A DNA stretch of 64,000 nt from an uncultured Acidobacteriota bacterium (GCA_963839295.1 CAWIUK010000015.1:43347-107346), one strand, 5' to 3'; shown: positions 1 through 8,839, numbered from the stretch's first letter. The notes: a model not told the origin generated them from the letters alone. Made by a program: numbers and translations.

Positions 1-1776
1 GCGCTCGCGAACCTCCTCTGGAACGAGCCCGACCGGCCGGCGAAGGAGGAATCGCTCGCTCTCCTGGACCGGGCGATCGCGCTCAAGCCGGAGATGCCGC
101 GCCTGCTGCGCGAGGCGGCGGACCGCTGGGCGGCCTGGGGAGACCCGGCTCGGGCGCTCGAGCGGCTGGACGCGTGGCGGGCCTCCGCGACTCCCGCGGG
201 GCGTCAGGCGACCGACGCGTTCCGGGAGAAGCTGGCCGCGAGCCTCGCGCGTCCCGCCGGGCGCGCGACGGGCGCGGGACCGGCCGTGGAGGCGTCGCCC
301 GCGGCGCCCTCCTTCCGGCTCGCGCAGGTGTACCTGCGCCGCGGCGACGCGTCCGGCTCGGAGCACGCGCGCCGCGAGCTCGAGGAGGCCGTGCGCCTCG
401 ATCCCGCGTTCGTGCCGGCCTGGGAGCTCCTCGCGACCGTGCGCGGACAGGAAGGCGACGCGGCCGGCTCCGAGGCGGCCCTGAAGAAGGCGCTGGACGT
501 GGACCCGTCGCGCGCTTCCGCGTGGGAGCGGCTGGCGGCCCTCCTGGAGGCCGAGCCGGACCGCGCGGCCGACGCGAAGGCCGCGTGGCGAAAGGCCGAG
601 CAGGCGGGCTCGCTCGAGGCTCTCTGGGCGCTCGGGCGTCTCTCCGCGGCCGACGGCCGGGAGCTCGAGGCGATCCGGTGGTGGCGGCGGTACGTCGGCG
701 AGGCGCCGGACGGCCTGCACGTCGACGAGGCGCGCGCGGCGGTGGACCGGATGGACCGGCGTTTTCAGACGCTGCGCGGCGCGGGAATCGGCCTCGCGGC
801 CTTTGCCGTCCTCCTCGGAGCGGGGCTGCTTCTCAGGCGGCGGCGGGGCCTCACGCTGGCCGCGTGGCTGCGGCGCGATCCCGGAGCGACGCGCGAGGTG
901 CGGCCGGTCGTCGGCCGCCTGTCGCACGAGGTTTTCAAGCACGGGGGGTTGCTGCTCGGAGACGCCGAGGCACGCCTCGCGTCGGGCGAGGACTTCCGGC
1001 CCAGCGCCGAGATCCTCGCCGCCCGCCTCTACGGGTCGGGCGCCGGGCCCGGCCTAGTGGCCGAGGGCCGCGCGGCGCTCGAGGACCTCTCGGCCGTCGC
1101 GCGCCGCCGCGGCGCCGCGCTCAACCTCCGTCACAAGGACGCGCTCTTTTCGACCGTCGCCGCGGGGCTCGACGCGCTCGACGCCGCTCACGACGACCTC
1201 GTGTCCCTCGCGGCCGGGCGCCCGCTGCCCGAACGGCGCCGGGCGGCCCTCGCGTCGCGGCTCGGCAGGGCGGCCGGGGCGCTCAACCCGCACGCCGCCC
1301 AGGAGCTCAGCAGGCTCGTCGACGCGGCCGGCTCGACGGACGCCTCGTGGGAGGCGCTCGTCGGCCTCCTCGCGTCCGTCGCGCGCGAGAACAAGGCGGC
1401 CGCTCCCGGACTCGAGCCGCTCGGGCTCTTCGCGGAGCGCGGCGCCCCGCTGCGCGTGAAGCTCCCCGTGGCGGACTGGGAGACGATCTTCCGGAATCTC
1501 TTCGCGAACGCGCTCGGCTCGCCGCAGCTCGGGATTCTCGCCGAACGGAGGCGCGATCCCGTGACGGGGCAGGCGCAGGGCCGCTTCGTCCTCTACGACG
1601 TCGACCCGAGGCCGCTCACGGCCGAGATGATCCGGGGACGCGCCGCCGAACGCGGCCTCGGCGTCGTCGCCGACGTCGTGCGGCGGTGGGACGGAATCGT
1701 GGACGTCGTGCCGGGCGCGCCCGGCTGGGCGAAGGGCGTTGCCGTGGAGTTCGCGGTCGTCGAGGAGGCGTCGTGA
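1..1776 (+). CDS. TPR-repeat membrane sensor protein with a C-terminal GHKL/HATPase-like block (5' partial, runs off the window start)
   Basis: ORF 94..1776 continues in-frame to position 1. It has TPR-like helical repeats, one TM helix (GIGLAAFAVLLGAGLLL), an H-box-like RLSHEVFKHG, and a C-terminal ATPase-like segment (WETIFRNLFANALGS...RFVLYDVDPRP). Its stop TGA at 1774-1776 overlaps the next start. Confidence 0.55.
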   Translation, partial: ALANLLWNEPDRPAKEESLALLDRAIALKPEMPRLLREAADRWAAWGDPARALERLDAWRASATPAGRQATDAFREKLAASLARPAGRATGAGPAVEASPAAPSFRLAQVYLRRGDASGSEHARRELEEAVRLDPAFVPAWELLATVRGQEGDAAGSEAALKKALDVDPSRASAWERLAALLEAEPDRAADAKAAWRKAEQAGSLEALWALGRLSAADGRELEAIRWWRRYVGEAPDGLHVDEARAAVDRMDRRFQTLRGAGIGLAAFAVLLGAGLLLRRRRGLTLAAWLRRDPGATREVRPVVGRLSHEVFKHGGLLLGDAEARLASGEDFRPSAEILAARLYGSGAGPGLVAEGRAALEDLSAVARRRGAALNLRHKDALFSTVAAGLDALDAAHDDLVSLAAGRPLPERRRAALASRLGRAAGALNPHAAQELSRLVDAAGSTDASWEALVGLLASVARENKAAAPGLEPLGLFAERGAPLRVKLPVADWETIFRNLFANALGSPQLGILAERRRDPVTGQAQGRFVLYDVDPRPLTAEMIRGRAAERGLGVVADVVRRWDGIVDVVPGAPGWAKGVAVEFAVVEEAS

Positions 1777-2231
1777 CGGCTGCGCGGATCCTCGTCGTCG
1801 AGGACGGACGCGAGTACGTGGACGGGTTCGCGCGCCTCGCGGCGGCGAAGGGAGTCGAGGCGGCGTTCGTGCGCGCGGGCAGCCTCGCCGAGGCGCGGGA
1901 GGCGCTCCGGGAGGGAAGGCCCGACGCGGTCTTCCTCGACGTCGTCTTCGACCGGACTCCGGAGCCCGATCTCGCGGGGGACCTCGACGCGCTCGTCGCG
2001 CGCACCGGCGGCGACCGCGAGCGCGCCGTCCGGCACCTCGCGACGAACCAGGGCTTCTACGTCCTCGACGCGCTCGCGGACGAGCTCGCGGGCGTCCGCG
2101 TCGTTCTCGCGTACGACTTCACGGGGGAAGAGAAGAGGCTGGCTTCGCTCCAGGAGCGCTTTCCGATGCTCAGCGGCCTGCCGGATGGAGCCTCTCTGGG
2201 CGCCGCGCTGGACGATCTGCTTCGGAAATAG
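1773..2231 (+). CDS. response-regulator receiver (REC) domain protein
   Basis: GTG start at 1773 overlaps the upstream stop (GTGA). Translation is VTAARILVVEDGREYVDGF...AVFLDVVFD, a REC-like fold. It sits inside the artefactual long frame 174..2231. Stop TAG is at 2229-2231. Confidence 0.5.
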   Translation: MTAARILVVEDGREYVDGFARLAAAKGVEAAFVRAGSLAEAREALREGRPDAVFLDVVFDRTPEPDLAGDLDALVARTGGDRERAVRHLATNQGFYVLDALADELAGVRVVLAYDFTGEEKRLASLQERFPMLSGLPDGASLGAALDDLLRK

Positions 2232-2370
2232 AAGACGAAGAGGAAGAGTTCTTAGAAGGTAATTGCAGCCCGGGCGCCGGCGGCCCCCGCGAGTTGCGGC
2301 GCGGCCGATGCCCTCTTAACCTTCTAAGAGAATCTTCTCTTCGGTTCTTCTCTCGGTCTCTCTTCTTTCG
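2231..2370. repeat. inverted-arm repeat unit 1 (forward arm, GC-rich core, reverse arm), intergenic, filling the whole gap between two convergent stop codons
   Basis: Forward arm GAAGACGAAGAGGAAGAGTTCTTAGAAGGTAA at 2231-2262. A GC-rich palindromic core lies at 2263-2311. Reverse arm CCTCTTAACCTTCTAAGAGAATCTTCTCTTCGG... at 2312-2368. The unit starts at the last base of the TAG stop of the receiver gene and ends 1 bp before the stop of the GAPDH-like gene (2372). Confidence 0.75.
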
Positions 2371-2371
2371 C

Positions 2372-3433
2372 CTAGATTTCCGTGAAGACGAAGCGCTTGA
2401 GGACCTGGATGCGCTGGTTCGCGTGCTCGGGGTCCATGAGCCAGATCGCTCCCGCCACGGAGGAGAGCAGCGAGTTGCCGTCCTGCGGCGTGAAGCAGAA
2501 GCCCACGATCTCGCGCCCCTCGTCCGCGACGGCGAGCGTCGGCGTCGAGATGACGGTCTGGGAGAGGATGCGGCCGTAGTAGCCGTGGTCGCGCCCGAAC
2601 GAGAAGACCTCGTTCGCACTCTTGCGCTCCGTCAGCGCGACGAGAGGGTTCGCCTTCAGCCGCTCGAGGACGCGCTTCTTGTCGGTCTTTTCCTTGAGCT
2701 CGAAGTTGAACCAGACCGAGTGCATGTACTGCGTGTTGAGCTTGATCGCCGAGGAGAAGACCTTCGGCTTGAGGTGAAGCGTCTCGTAGAGGTGGTAGAC
2801 GTCGTGCGCGTGGTGCGTGCCGAACTCGTCGTCGTCGTGCTTGCCGACGGTCGGCGCGGGCGAGTAGTCCTTCGTCTGGGAGATGTCGTTCGAGCGCCGC
2901 ATGCACACGAACTGCGCGCGCTCCATCGTGAGCTTCCCGGCGTCGTCCATCCCGAGCGTCTTGATGAGGATCGCGAGGTTGTGCGTGTTGCACGAGACGA
3001 TCTGGAGGAACTTGTCCTCGCCGGGGACGAGCGTCGCGTCGTTGATCCCGCGCGCGTACATCTTCCCGAACCCGAATTCGGAGCCCTGCGCGAGGAACCC
3101 GACGGGGCCCTTGAGGCTCTTGTAGACCTGTTCCTTGTTGTCGTTGCCGGCCGGCGTGCAGTCGAGGACGACGGTCGCGCGCTCGAGGGCCTCCTGCGCC
3201 GTGTACGACACCTTGTGGCCGAGGGCCTCGAAGTCCGCGACCTTGTCCTCGTCCGCCGCGAGGTGCGCCCCGCGCGTCATGAGGTGGTTCACCTTCGCCC
3301 GTTCCGTCTTCATCGGCGTGCGCTTGTGGAACGTGACCTCGTCGATTCCGAGGTGCTGCTTGAAGTCGGTGAACAGCCCGATCAGCGGTTCGCCGATCGT
3401 GCCGGTGCCGACGATGTGGACGATGTTCTTCAT
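2372..3433 (-). CDS. type II (archaeal-type) glyceraldehyde-3-phosphate dehydrogenase-like NAD(P) oxidoreductase
   Basis: MKNIVHIVGTGTIGEPLIG Rossmann N-terminus, VVLDCTPAGNDNKEQ, and an active-site-like IVSCNTHNL (compare archaeal GAPDH VSCNTTGL). Overall architecture matches type II GAPDH. Confidence 0.55.
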   Translation of the reverse strand: MKNIVHIVGTGTIGEPLIGLFTDFKQHLGIDEVTFHKRTPMKTERAKVNHLMTRGAHLAADEDKVADFEALGHKVSYTAQEALERATVVLDCTPAGNDNKEQVYKSLKGPVGFLAQGSEFGFGKMYARGINDATLVPGEDKFLQIVSCNTHNLAILIKTLGMDDAGKLTMERAQFVCMRRSNDISQTKDYSPAPTVGKHDDDEFGTHHAHDVYHLYETLHLKPKVFSSAIKLNTQYMHSVWFNFELKEKTDKKRVLERLKANPLVALTERKSANEVFSFGRDHGYYGRILSQTVISTPTLAVADEGREIVGFCFTPQDGNSLLSSVAGAIWLMDPEHANQRIQVLKRFVFTEI

Positions 3434-3446
3434 GCAACGCTCCTCG

Positions 3447-3485
3447 CGCGGTGGTCCCGGGGGCCGCTCAGTTTATAGGAGCGGC
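3447..3485. promoter_or_regulatory. palindromic stem-loop (GGCCGCTC-AGTTTATAG-GAGCGGCC) in a divergent promoter region, a candidate operator
   Basis: 8-bp perfect inverted repeat with an AT-rich 9-nt loop. It lies in the 87-bp gap between divergently transcribed genes (starts at 3433 on the minus strand and 3521 on the plus strand). Confidence 0.3.
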
Positions 3486-3520
3486 CCGCGGGCCTCCTCG
3501 ACGAGGCCGATGAACGACGC

Positions 3521-4183
3521 GTGCTAACGTCGCCGGCCGTGACGCCCGCCGCGGACGCGACGCTCGTTTCCGTGGAGATCCAGGGGCCCGCGGGACCGCT
3601 GGAGGGCATTCTGCGGGCGCCGGCTCTTCCGGCCGGCGCCGCGGTCGTCGCGCACCCCCACCCTCGCCACGGGGGGACGATGCACACGAAGGTCGTCCAC
3701 CGCGCGGCGAAGCTCCTCTCCGAACGGTTCTCCCTCGCGGCGCTGCGGTTCAATTTCCGGGGCGTCGGGGCGTCGGGCGGCTCGTACGACGAGGGCCGCG
3801 GGGAGACCGAGGATCTCGTCGCGGCCGGCGAGTGGATCAGGCGACGCCAGCCGGGAGGGCCGTTCGTCCTCTCGGGCTTCTCGTTCGGCTCGCTCTGCGC
3901 CCTTCGGGCCGCCGCGCGCCTCGTGCCTGACGTCCTTCTCCTGATCGGCCTCCCCGTGGACCGCTGGGACGGCGCGGCCCCCGCAACTCTCGCGGCTCCC
4001 GTCGTCTGGATCCAGGGCGACCGCGACGAATTCAGCCCGCCGGAGAAGTCGCGCGCGATCGCGAAGGCGCGGGGCTGGACGTTTCTCTCCGTTGCCGGCA
4101 CGGACCACTTCTTCGCGGGGAAGCTGGACGAGTTCGAAGCCGCTGCCGGTGACGCGCTCGAGAAGGCTCTCGGGAGCGCGTGA
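3521..4183 (+). CDS. alpha/beta hydrolase fold protein
   Basis: HPHPRHGGTMH...LSGFSFGS nucleophile-elbow-like motif, 220 aa. Its stop overlaps the next start (ATGA). Confidence 0.55.
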   Translation: MLTSPAVTPAADATLVSVEIQGPAGPLEGILRAPALPAGAAVVAHPHPRHGGTMHTKVVHRAAKLLSERFSLAALRFNFRGVGASGGSYDEGRGETEDLVAAGEWIRRRQPGGPFVLSGFSFGSLCALRAAARLVPDVLLLIGLPVDRWDGAAPATLAAPVVWIQGDRDEFSPPEKSRAIAKARGWTFLSVAGTDHFFAGKLDEFEAAAGDALEKALGSA

Positions 4184-4758
4184 TGTTCGAGGAGAACGAA
4201 CGGGATTTGCTTAGAAAGGTCGCGAGGGAGGCGGCGGCCCGTGCGATGGGGCTGCGTCTCGCGCCAGCGGCCGCTCGACCCGCCGCGCAGCCGGCCGCGG
4301 CCTTCGCTCCGCCTGCATCCCCTCTTTCACTCGAAGAAATCTCCGGTCTCTTCGTCACATGGCTGAAGGACGGCCGGCCTCGCGGAAGAAGCGGGACTCT
4401 CGCCCCGGATGCGCCCCTCTTTACACTCGTAGAAACTCTCGCGGTGGACGCGCTCCTGCACGACCCGCGCGTCCCGCCCGCAACCGCGAAGGAGCTCCCG
4501 CGCTACTCGCCCCGCATCTCCGTCCTCTCCGCCTTCGAAGAAATCTCCTCTTCCTCCACCGTCGTCGTCGGCACGCACGGCGTGATCGCGGAAAAGGGGA
4601 AGCGGTGGGGAGTCGTCCTTCCCCAGGACGCGGACGGGCTGGGATGGGACGGCGACCGCCTTGTCGGGCAGGCCTGCCTCAGGGCCGGCCTGCCGGAAGA
4701 GAGCTGGAGGGCCGCCGGGTCGGTCCGACTCCGCCGCTTCACGGCCGAGACCTTCTGA
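4180..4758 (+). CDS. AMMECR1 domain protein; carries repeat arms in-frame
   Basis: AMMECR1-like blocks GLFVTW...RDPRVPP...VGTHGVIAEKGKRWGVVLPQ...LRRFTAETF. Codons 3-16 (EENERDLLRKVARE) are written by a diverged forward arm GAGGAGAACGAACGGGATTTGCTTAGAAAGGTCGCGAGGGAG. Confidence 0.7.
   Translation: MMFEENERDLLRKVAREAAARAMGLRLAPAAARPAAQPAAAFAPPASPLSLEEISGLFVTWLKDGRPRGRSGTLAPDAPLFTLVETLAVDALLHDPRVPPATAKELPRYSPRISVLSAFEEISSSSTVVVGTHGVIAEKGKRWGVVLPQDADGLGWDGDRLVGQACLRAGLPEESWRAAGSVRLRRFTAETF
4189..4352. repeat. inverted-arm repeat unit 2, inside AMMECR1 and in-frame
   Basis: Forward-type arm at 4189-4230. Reverse-type arm CCCTCTTTCACTCGAAGAAATCTCCGGTCTCTTCG at about 4319-4352. Rare codons (TTG, CTT, AGA, AAG, AGG) are used. 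Confidence 0.55.
4521..4558. repeat. solo reverse-type arm inside AMMECR1 (GCCTTCGAAGAAATCTCCTCTTCCTCC)
   Basis: Shares an exact 20-mer CCTTCGAAGAAATCTCCTCT with the reverse arm at 42551-42570. Encodes SAFEEISSSS in frame. Confidence 0.6.
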
Positions 4759-4761
4759 CGC

Positions 4762-4784
4762 GGGCGGCCCGACGGACCGTCCGG
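4762..4784. terminator. GC-rich hairpin between convergent genes, a possible bidirectional terminator
   Basis: GGCCCGACGG-A-CCGTCCGGCC, an imperfect 9-10 bp stem, between the AMMECR1 stop (4758) and the FKBP stop (4786). There is no clear T-run. Confidence 0.25.
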
Positions 4785-4785
4785 C

Positions 4786-5529
4786 CTACTTCTTCGCCTC
4801 GGGGGGCTTCGGCGCGTCCTTCTCGATCGAGAGGAGCTGGACGTCGAACACGAGCGTCGCGCCGCCCTTGATGCGCGGTGGGCGGCCCTCGTCGCCGTAG
4901 GCGAGGTCGGACGGGCACACGAGACGGGCCGATCCGCCCACCTTCATGAGCTGCACGCCCTGCGTCCAGCAGGGGATGACGCCGTTCAGGGGGAAGGTGA
5001 CGGGCTCGTTGCGGTCGATCGAGCTGTCGAAGACGGTTCCGTCGATCAGCGTGCCCCGATAGTGGACCTTGACCTTGTCGGTCGCCTTCGGCGTCGCGCC
5101 CGTGCCGGCCTTCGTCTCCTTGTAGAGGAAGCCCGAGGGCTGCTTCTTCGTGCCGGGCTGCGCGGCCTCCTTCTCGAGGAACGCGGCGCCGGCCTTCTTC
5201 TCGGCGGACGCCTGCGCCGCCATGCGGCTCTTGGCGAGGTCGTTCAGTTTCGGGCCGTACGTCTCGAGGTCGACCTTGGGCGTCTTCCCGAGGACGCCGT
5301 CCGAGAGCCCCTGCTCGACGACGGCGAGCTCGGCGGCCGAGAGCTTGAAGCCCGTCAGGTTGCGCGAAATCACGAGACCGAGCGCGTAGAGTGTCTTGTC
5401 TGCTTCGCTGGCGGGCGCGCCGGCGACGGCCCTGGCGGGCGCCTTCGGGGCCGCGGGCTTGGTGTCCTGGGCGGCGGCCGGGAGCGCCAGGGACAGGGTG
5501 AGACCGGAGGCGATGAGGAATCGCCGCAT
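4786..5529 (-). CDS. fkpA: FKBP-type peptidyl-prolyl cis-trans isomerase (FkpA-like, secreted)
   Basis: Signal peptide MRRFLIASGLTLSLALPAAAQ, an N-terminal dimerisation helix, and a C-terminal FKBP domain (KVKVHYRGTLIDGTVFDSS...GVIPCWTQGVQLMKVGGSARLVCPSDLAYG). Confidence 0.75.
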   Translation of the reverse strand: MRRFLIASGLTLSLALPAAAQDTKPAAPKAPARAVAGAPASEADKTLYALGLVISRNLTGFKLSAAELAVVEQGLSDGVLGKTPKVDLETYGPKLNDLAKSRMAAQASAEKKAGAAFLEKEAAQPGTKKQPSGFLYKETKAGTGATPKATDKVKVHYRGTLIDGTVFDSSIDRNEPVTFPLNGVIPCWTQGVQLMKVGGSARLVCPSDLAYGDEGRPPRIKGGATLVFDVQLLSIEKDAPKPPEAKK

Positions 5530-5593
5530 GTGTGTGTCCTCGCTTTCTGGTGTGGGCGGCCGGCAGGGCGGCCGATCCGGGATGGTAACCCCG

Positions 5594-6412
5594 TCAGGCC
5601 CGGCTGAGAACGAAAAGGAGGAGCCCCGCCGCCACGGCCGCGTTCAGCGATTCCACGCTCCCGCCGAGCGGGAGCGTGAGCCGCCGGTCGAGCGCGGCCT
5701 CGATCCCGGGCGAGATCCCGTGTCCCTCGGAGCCGACGACGAGGACGAGCGGGCGGACCTTCGCGGCCCGGTCGGGCGGCTCTCCGCCGTGGGCTTCGGC
5801 GCCGGCGAGGATGGCGCCGAAGGAGCGCGCCCACGCGATCGCCTCGGGCTGCGCGACGCGGGCCGCGATCGGCACGCGCAGGGCGCTCCCCGCCGACGCG
5901 CGCAGCGCACGGGGCGAGTACGGAAAGGCGCAGCCGGGCGTCGCGACGACGCCGGCGACGCCAAACGCCTCGGCGCAGCGGACGATCGCGCCGACGTTCG
6001 CGGGGTCCTGGATTCCGTCGAGGAGAAGAAAGAGAGAGGACGAAGAAGGGGATTTCTTCGAAGGTGAAGAGAGGGAAGACAGCGTTCGGTGCGGGGGCGG
6101 AGCGAGAGCCGCGATGCCGCGCGTCGACGGGAGATTGGAAAGCCTCTTCAGGACGCGGGGCGAAACCGTCGTTACGCGAGGGGGCGGCGTCGCTCCGCCG
6201 CCTCCCGGCGCTCCTTCCCCTCTTACCCTTCTAAGAAAATCCGCGTTCTCTTCGGACTTCTCATCGATGACGAACATTTCTTCCAGAGGCACGCCCGCGT
6301 CGAGGGCTTCTTCCACCATCCGTCTGCCCTCGAGGAGCATGCGGTCGCCGGCGGCGACCGCGCGGGCGGCCGCGACGATACGCGGGTTGGAGGGGGAGTC
6401 GATCCGGGACAT
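5594..6412 (-). CDS. TrmH/SpoU-family RNA 2'-O-methyltransferase carrying an in-frame repeat unit
   Basis: SpoU blocks LFLLLDGIQDPANVGAIVRCAEAFGV, LVLVVGSEGHGIS, LPLGGSVESLNAAVAAGLLLF. A roughly 65-aa low-complexity segment (SEENADFLRRVRGEG...SSPSKKSPSSSS) is encoded by repeat unit 3. Confidence 0.7.
   Translation of the reverse strand: MSRIDSPSNPRIVAAARAVAAGDRMLLEGRRMVEEALDAGVPLEEMFVIDEKSEENADFLRRVRGEGAPGGGGATPPPRVTTVSPRVLKRLSNLPSTRGIAALAPPPHRTLSSLSSPSKKSPSSSSLFLLLDGIQDPANVGAIVRCAEAFGVAGVVATPGCAFPYSPRALRASAGSALRVPIAARVAQPEAIAWARSFGAILAGAEAHGGEPPDRAAKVRPLVLVVGSEGHGISPGIEAALDRRLTLPLGGSVESLNAAVAAGLLLFVLSRA
6021..6262. repeat. inverted-arm repeat unit 3, inside the trmH-like CDS and in-frame
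   Basis: Forward arm GAGGAGAAGAAAGAGAGAGGACGAAGAAGGGGATTTCTTCGAAGGTGAAGAGAGGGAAGAC at 6021-6080. Core of about 135 bp. Reverse arm CCTCTTACCCTTCTAAGAAAATCCGCGTTCTCTTCGGACTTCTC at 6217-6262. Confidence 0.8.
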
Positions 6413-6455
6413 GCGGGCGGAAGTCTAGCCCGCGCCGTGCTGTAATCCGGCCCCG

Positions 6456-7640
6456 ATGAAACAAGGACTCCCCGAAGCCGGGGCGGCGATCGTCGCGAAA
6501 GCGTCTCCGCTCGCCGCGCTCTGGACTTTCCCGGCCGTCCTCTTCTCGGCGTTCCTCGTCGCGTGGGGCGCCGAGGCCGCGCAGTTCCTCGTCTCGCAGG
6601 GGCTGGCGCTCGCGATCCTCGCGTGGCTCCAGACGCTGCCCGAATTCGCGGTCGAGGCGGTCATCGCGTGGGAAGCGGGGAAGGACCCGGCGAAGGTCCA
6701 CCTCGCGATCGCGAACTTCACCGGCTCGATCCGGCTCCTCGTCGGCCTCGGCTGGCCGCTCGTCTACTTCGTCGCGGCGTTCTTCGCGCGCCGGACGGGG
6801 ACTCGCAAGACCTGGATCGCGATCGAGTTCGACGACGAGCACGCGCTCGAGGTCATGGGCCTCCTGCCGCCGCTCGCGTGGTTCACCGTGATCTGGTGGA
6901 AGGGGACGCTCGGCCTCTGGGACGCGCTGATCCTCTCGCTCTGCTACTTCGCGTACCTCTTCGCGCTCCTGCGCCTCCCGCCGCGCGAGGGAGACGTCGA
7001 GGAGATGGAGGACCTGCCCGCCGTCTCGAAGTGGGCGCTCCGCCAGGGCCCGGGGCGGCGCGGGTGGGCGATCACGGGGATCTTCGTCGTCGGCGGTCTC
7101 GTGCTCCTCGTGTCCGCGCACGCGTTCGTGGAGTCCATGCTCGCGCTCGCGATCGCGGCGGGCGTCGCGCCGTTCGTGTTCGTCCAGTGGGTCGCGCCGT
7201 TCCTGTCCGAGTTCCCGGAGAAGTTGTCGGCGTTCAACTGGGCGCGCCAGATCACGAAGGCGCCGATGGCGGTCATGAACCTCGTCTCGTCCACGATCAA
7301 CCAGTGGTCGATCCTGTCGGCCCTGATCCCGGTCATCTACTCGTTCTCGAGGGGGACGCCGTCGGCGATCGTCTTCGACGAGCACCAGCGCCTCGAGATC
7401 CTGCTCACGATCCTCCAGAGCTTCCTGGGCTGGCTCCTCCTCGTGAACCTCGACCTGAGGGCCTTCGAGGCGGGCATCCTGTTCGTGTTCTGGCTCGTGC
7501 AGTTCGCCATCCCGTCGACGCGCGAGGTCATGGCCGGCGTCTACGCCTCGTGGTGCGCCGTCGAGATCCTCATGATCGCGACCGGCCGGCGGAAGCCCCG
7601 CGCCGTCGCCGCCCTCTGGAGGGTCCTCAAGAGATCATGA
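6456..7640 (+). CDS. Ca2+:cation antiporter (CaCA/YrbG-like) family membrane protein
   Basis: Polytopic membrane protein with two alpha-repeat signatures (LQTLPEFAVEAV and VAPFLSEFPEKLS). Its stop overlaps the next start (ATGA). Confidence 0.55.
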   Translation: MKQGLPEAGAAIVAKASPLAALWTFPAVLFSAFLVAWGAEAAQFLVSQGLALAILAWLQTLPEFAVEAVIAWEAGKDPAKVHLAIANFTGSIRLLVGLGWPLVYFVAAFFARRTGTRKTWIAIEFDDEHALEVMGLLPPLAWFTVIWWKGTLGLWDALILSLCYFAYLFALLRLPPREGDVEEMEDLPAVSKWALRQGPGRRGWAITGIFVVGGLVLLVSAHAFVESMLALAIAAGVAPFVFVQWVAPFLSEFPEKLSAFNWARQITKAPMAVMNLVSSTINQWSILSALIPVIYSFSRGTPSAIVFDEHQRLEILLTILQSFLGWLLLVNLDLRAFEAGILFVFWLVQFAIPSTREVMAGVYASWCAVEILMIATGRRKPRAVAALWRVLKRS

Positions 7641-8839
7641 AATTCGCCGCACGCGCGTCCCGCGTCGCCGGGTCGGCGACGCTCGAAGTGATGAGGACGG
7701 CCGCCGCCCTGAAGGCGAGGGGCGTGGACGTCATCGACCTGGGCCCCGGCGAGCCGGACTTCCCGACGCCCGAGTTCGTCAAGGAGGCCGCGATCCGGGC
7801 GATCCGGGCGAACGTCACGCGTTACACCGACACCGTCGGCACCGCCGAGCTGCGCGCCGCCATCGCGGAGCGCTACGCCCGCGAGTGGAACGCGCCGTGG
7901 GGGCCGTCCGACGTGGTCGTGACGAACGGCGGCAAGCAGGCGCTCCACACCGCGATCCTCGCGCTCTTCGAGGAAGGGGACGACGTCCTCGTTCCCGTGC
8001 CCTACTGGGTGTCGTTTCCGGAGATGGTGAAGCTCTCCGGGGCGCGTCCCGTCTTCGTGCCGACGTCGCCCGCGCGGGGCTTCCGCCTGACCGCGGCGGA
8101 CGTCGAGGCCGCGGCGACGCCCGCGACGCGCGGCATCCTCGTGAACACGCCCACGAACCCGTCGGGCGCCGTCATGGACCCCGCGGAGATCGAGAAGATC
8201 GTCCGCCTCTGCGCCGCGCGCGGCTGGATGTTCCTCTTCGACGAGTGCTACGACCGCTTCGTGTTCGAGGGGAGGCACCTCTCGGCGGCCGCCCTCGCGG
8301 CGGAGTTCCCCGAAACGGTGGTCCTCGCGGGCACGTTCAGCAAGACGTACGCGATGACGGGCTGGCGCATGGGCTACGCCTGCGCCGCGAGGCCCGTCGC
8401 CGAGATGATCGGGCGGCTCGTGGGCCACGCGACGTCGAACGTCTGCTCCGTGACCCAGGCCGCGGCGCTCGAGGCCCTGAAGAGGCCCGACGAGAGCGCT
8501 CGGGCGATCGAGGCGATGCTGGACGAGTACCGGCGCCGCCGCGCGTGGCTGATCCCGGCGCTGAACGCGCTGCCGGGCTTCGCGTGCCCGGCGCCGGGCG
8601 GGACGTTCTACGCGTTCCCGGACGTCTCCGCGCACTACGGCCGGACGATCGCGGGCGTCGCCGTGAAGGACTCGGCCTCGTTCGCGAAGGCGCTCCTCGA
8701 CGGCGTGGCCGTCGCGGTGACGCCGGGCTCGGCCTTCGGCGAGGACCGCTGCGTGAGGATCTCGTTCGCCATGTCGCTCGACCGCCTGAAGGAGGCCGTG
8801 CGGCGCCTCGACGGGGCCCTCGCGGCCGGTCAGCGGTAG
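7637..8839 (+). CDS. aspC: pyridoxal-phosphate-dependent aspartate/aromatic aminotransferase (class I)
   Basis: MKFAARASRVAGSATLEV...NGGKQAL...SFSKTYAMTGWRMGY (PLP lysine region), 400 aa. This is the real gene inside the artefactual long ORF 6563..8839. Confidence 0.8.
   Translation: MKFAARASRVAGSATLEVMRTAAALKARGVDVIDLGPGEPDFPTPEFVKEAAIRAIRANVTRYTDTVGTAELRAAIAERYAREWNAPWGPSDVVVTNGGKQALHTAILALFEEGDDVLVPVPYWVSFPEMVKLSGARPVFVPTSPARGFRLTAADVEAAATPATRGILVNTPTNPSGAVMDPAEIEKIVRLCAARGWMFLFDECYDRFVFEGRHLSAAALAAEFPETVVLAGTFSKTYAMTGWRMGYACAARPVAEMIGRLVGHATSNVCSVTQAAALEALKRPDESARAIEAMLDEYRRRRAWLIPALNALPGFACPAPGGTFYAFPDVSAHYGRTIAGVAVKDSASFAKALLDGVAVAVTPGSAFGEDRCVRISFAMSLDRLKEAVRRLDGALAAGQR

Noticed and set aside
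174-2231. Very long ORFs in alternative frames (174..2231 +, 1739..3478 +, 6563..8839 +, 7885..12852 +, 10562..13510 -, 14722..16557 +, 24113..27379 -, 37910..40636 +, 46898..49354 +, 61554..63758 -) encoding Arg/Gly/Ala/Pro-rich polypeptides.
   Set aside because: These are typical stop-codon-free shadow frames of a roughly 70% GC genome. They overlap bona fide genes that have clear family signatures in another frame. They have no domain signatures and no plausible starts or RBS.
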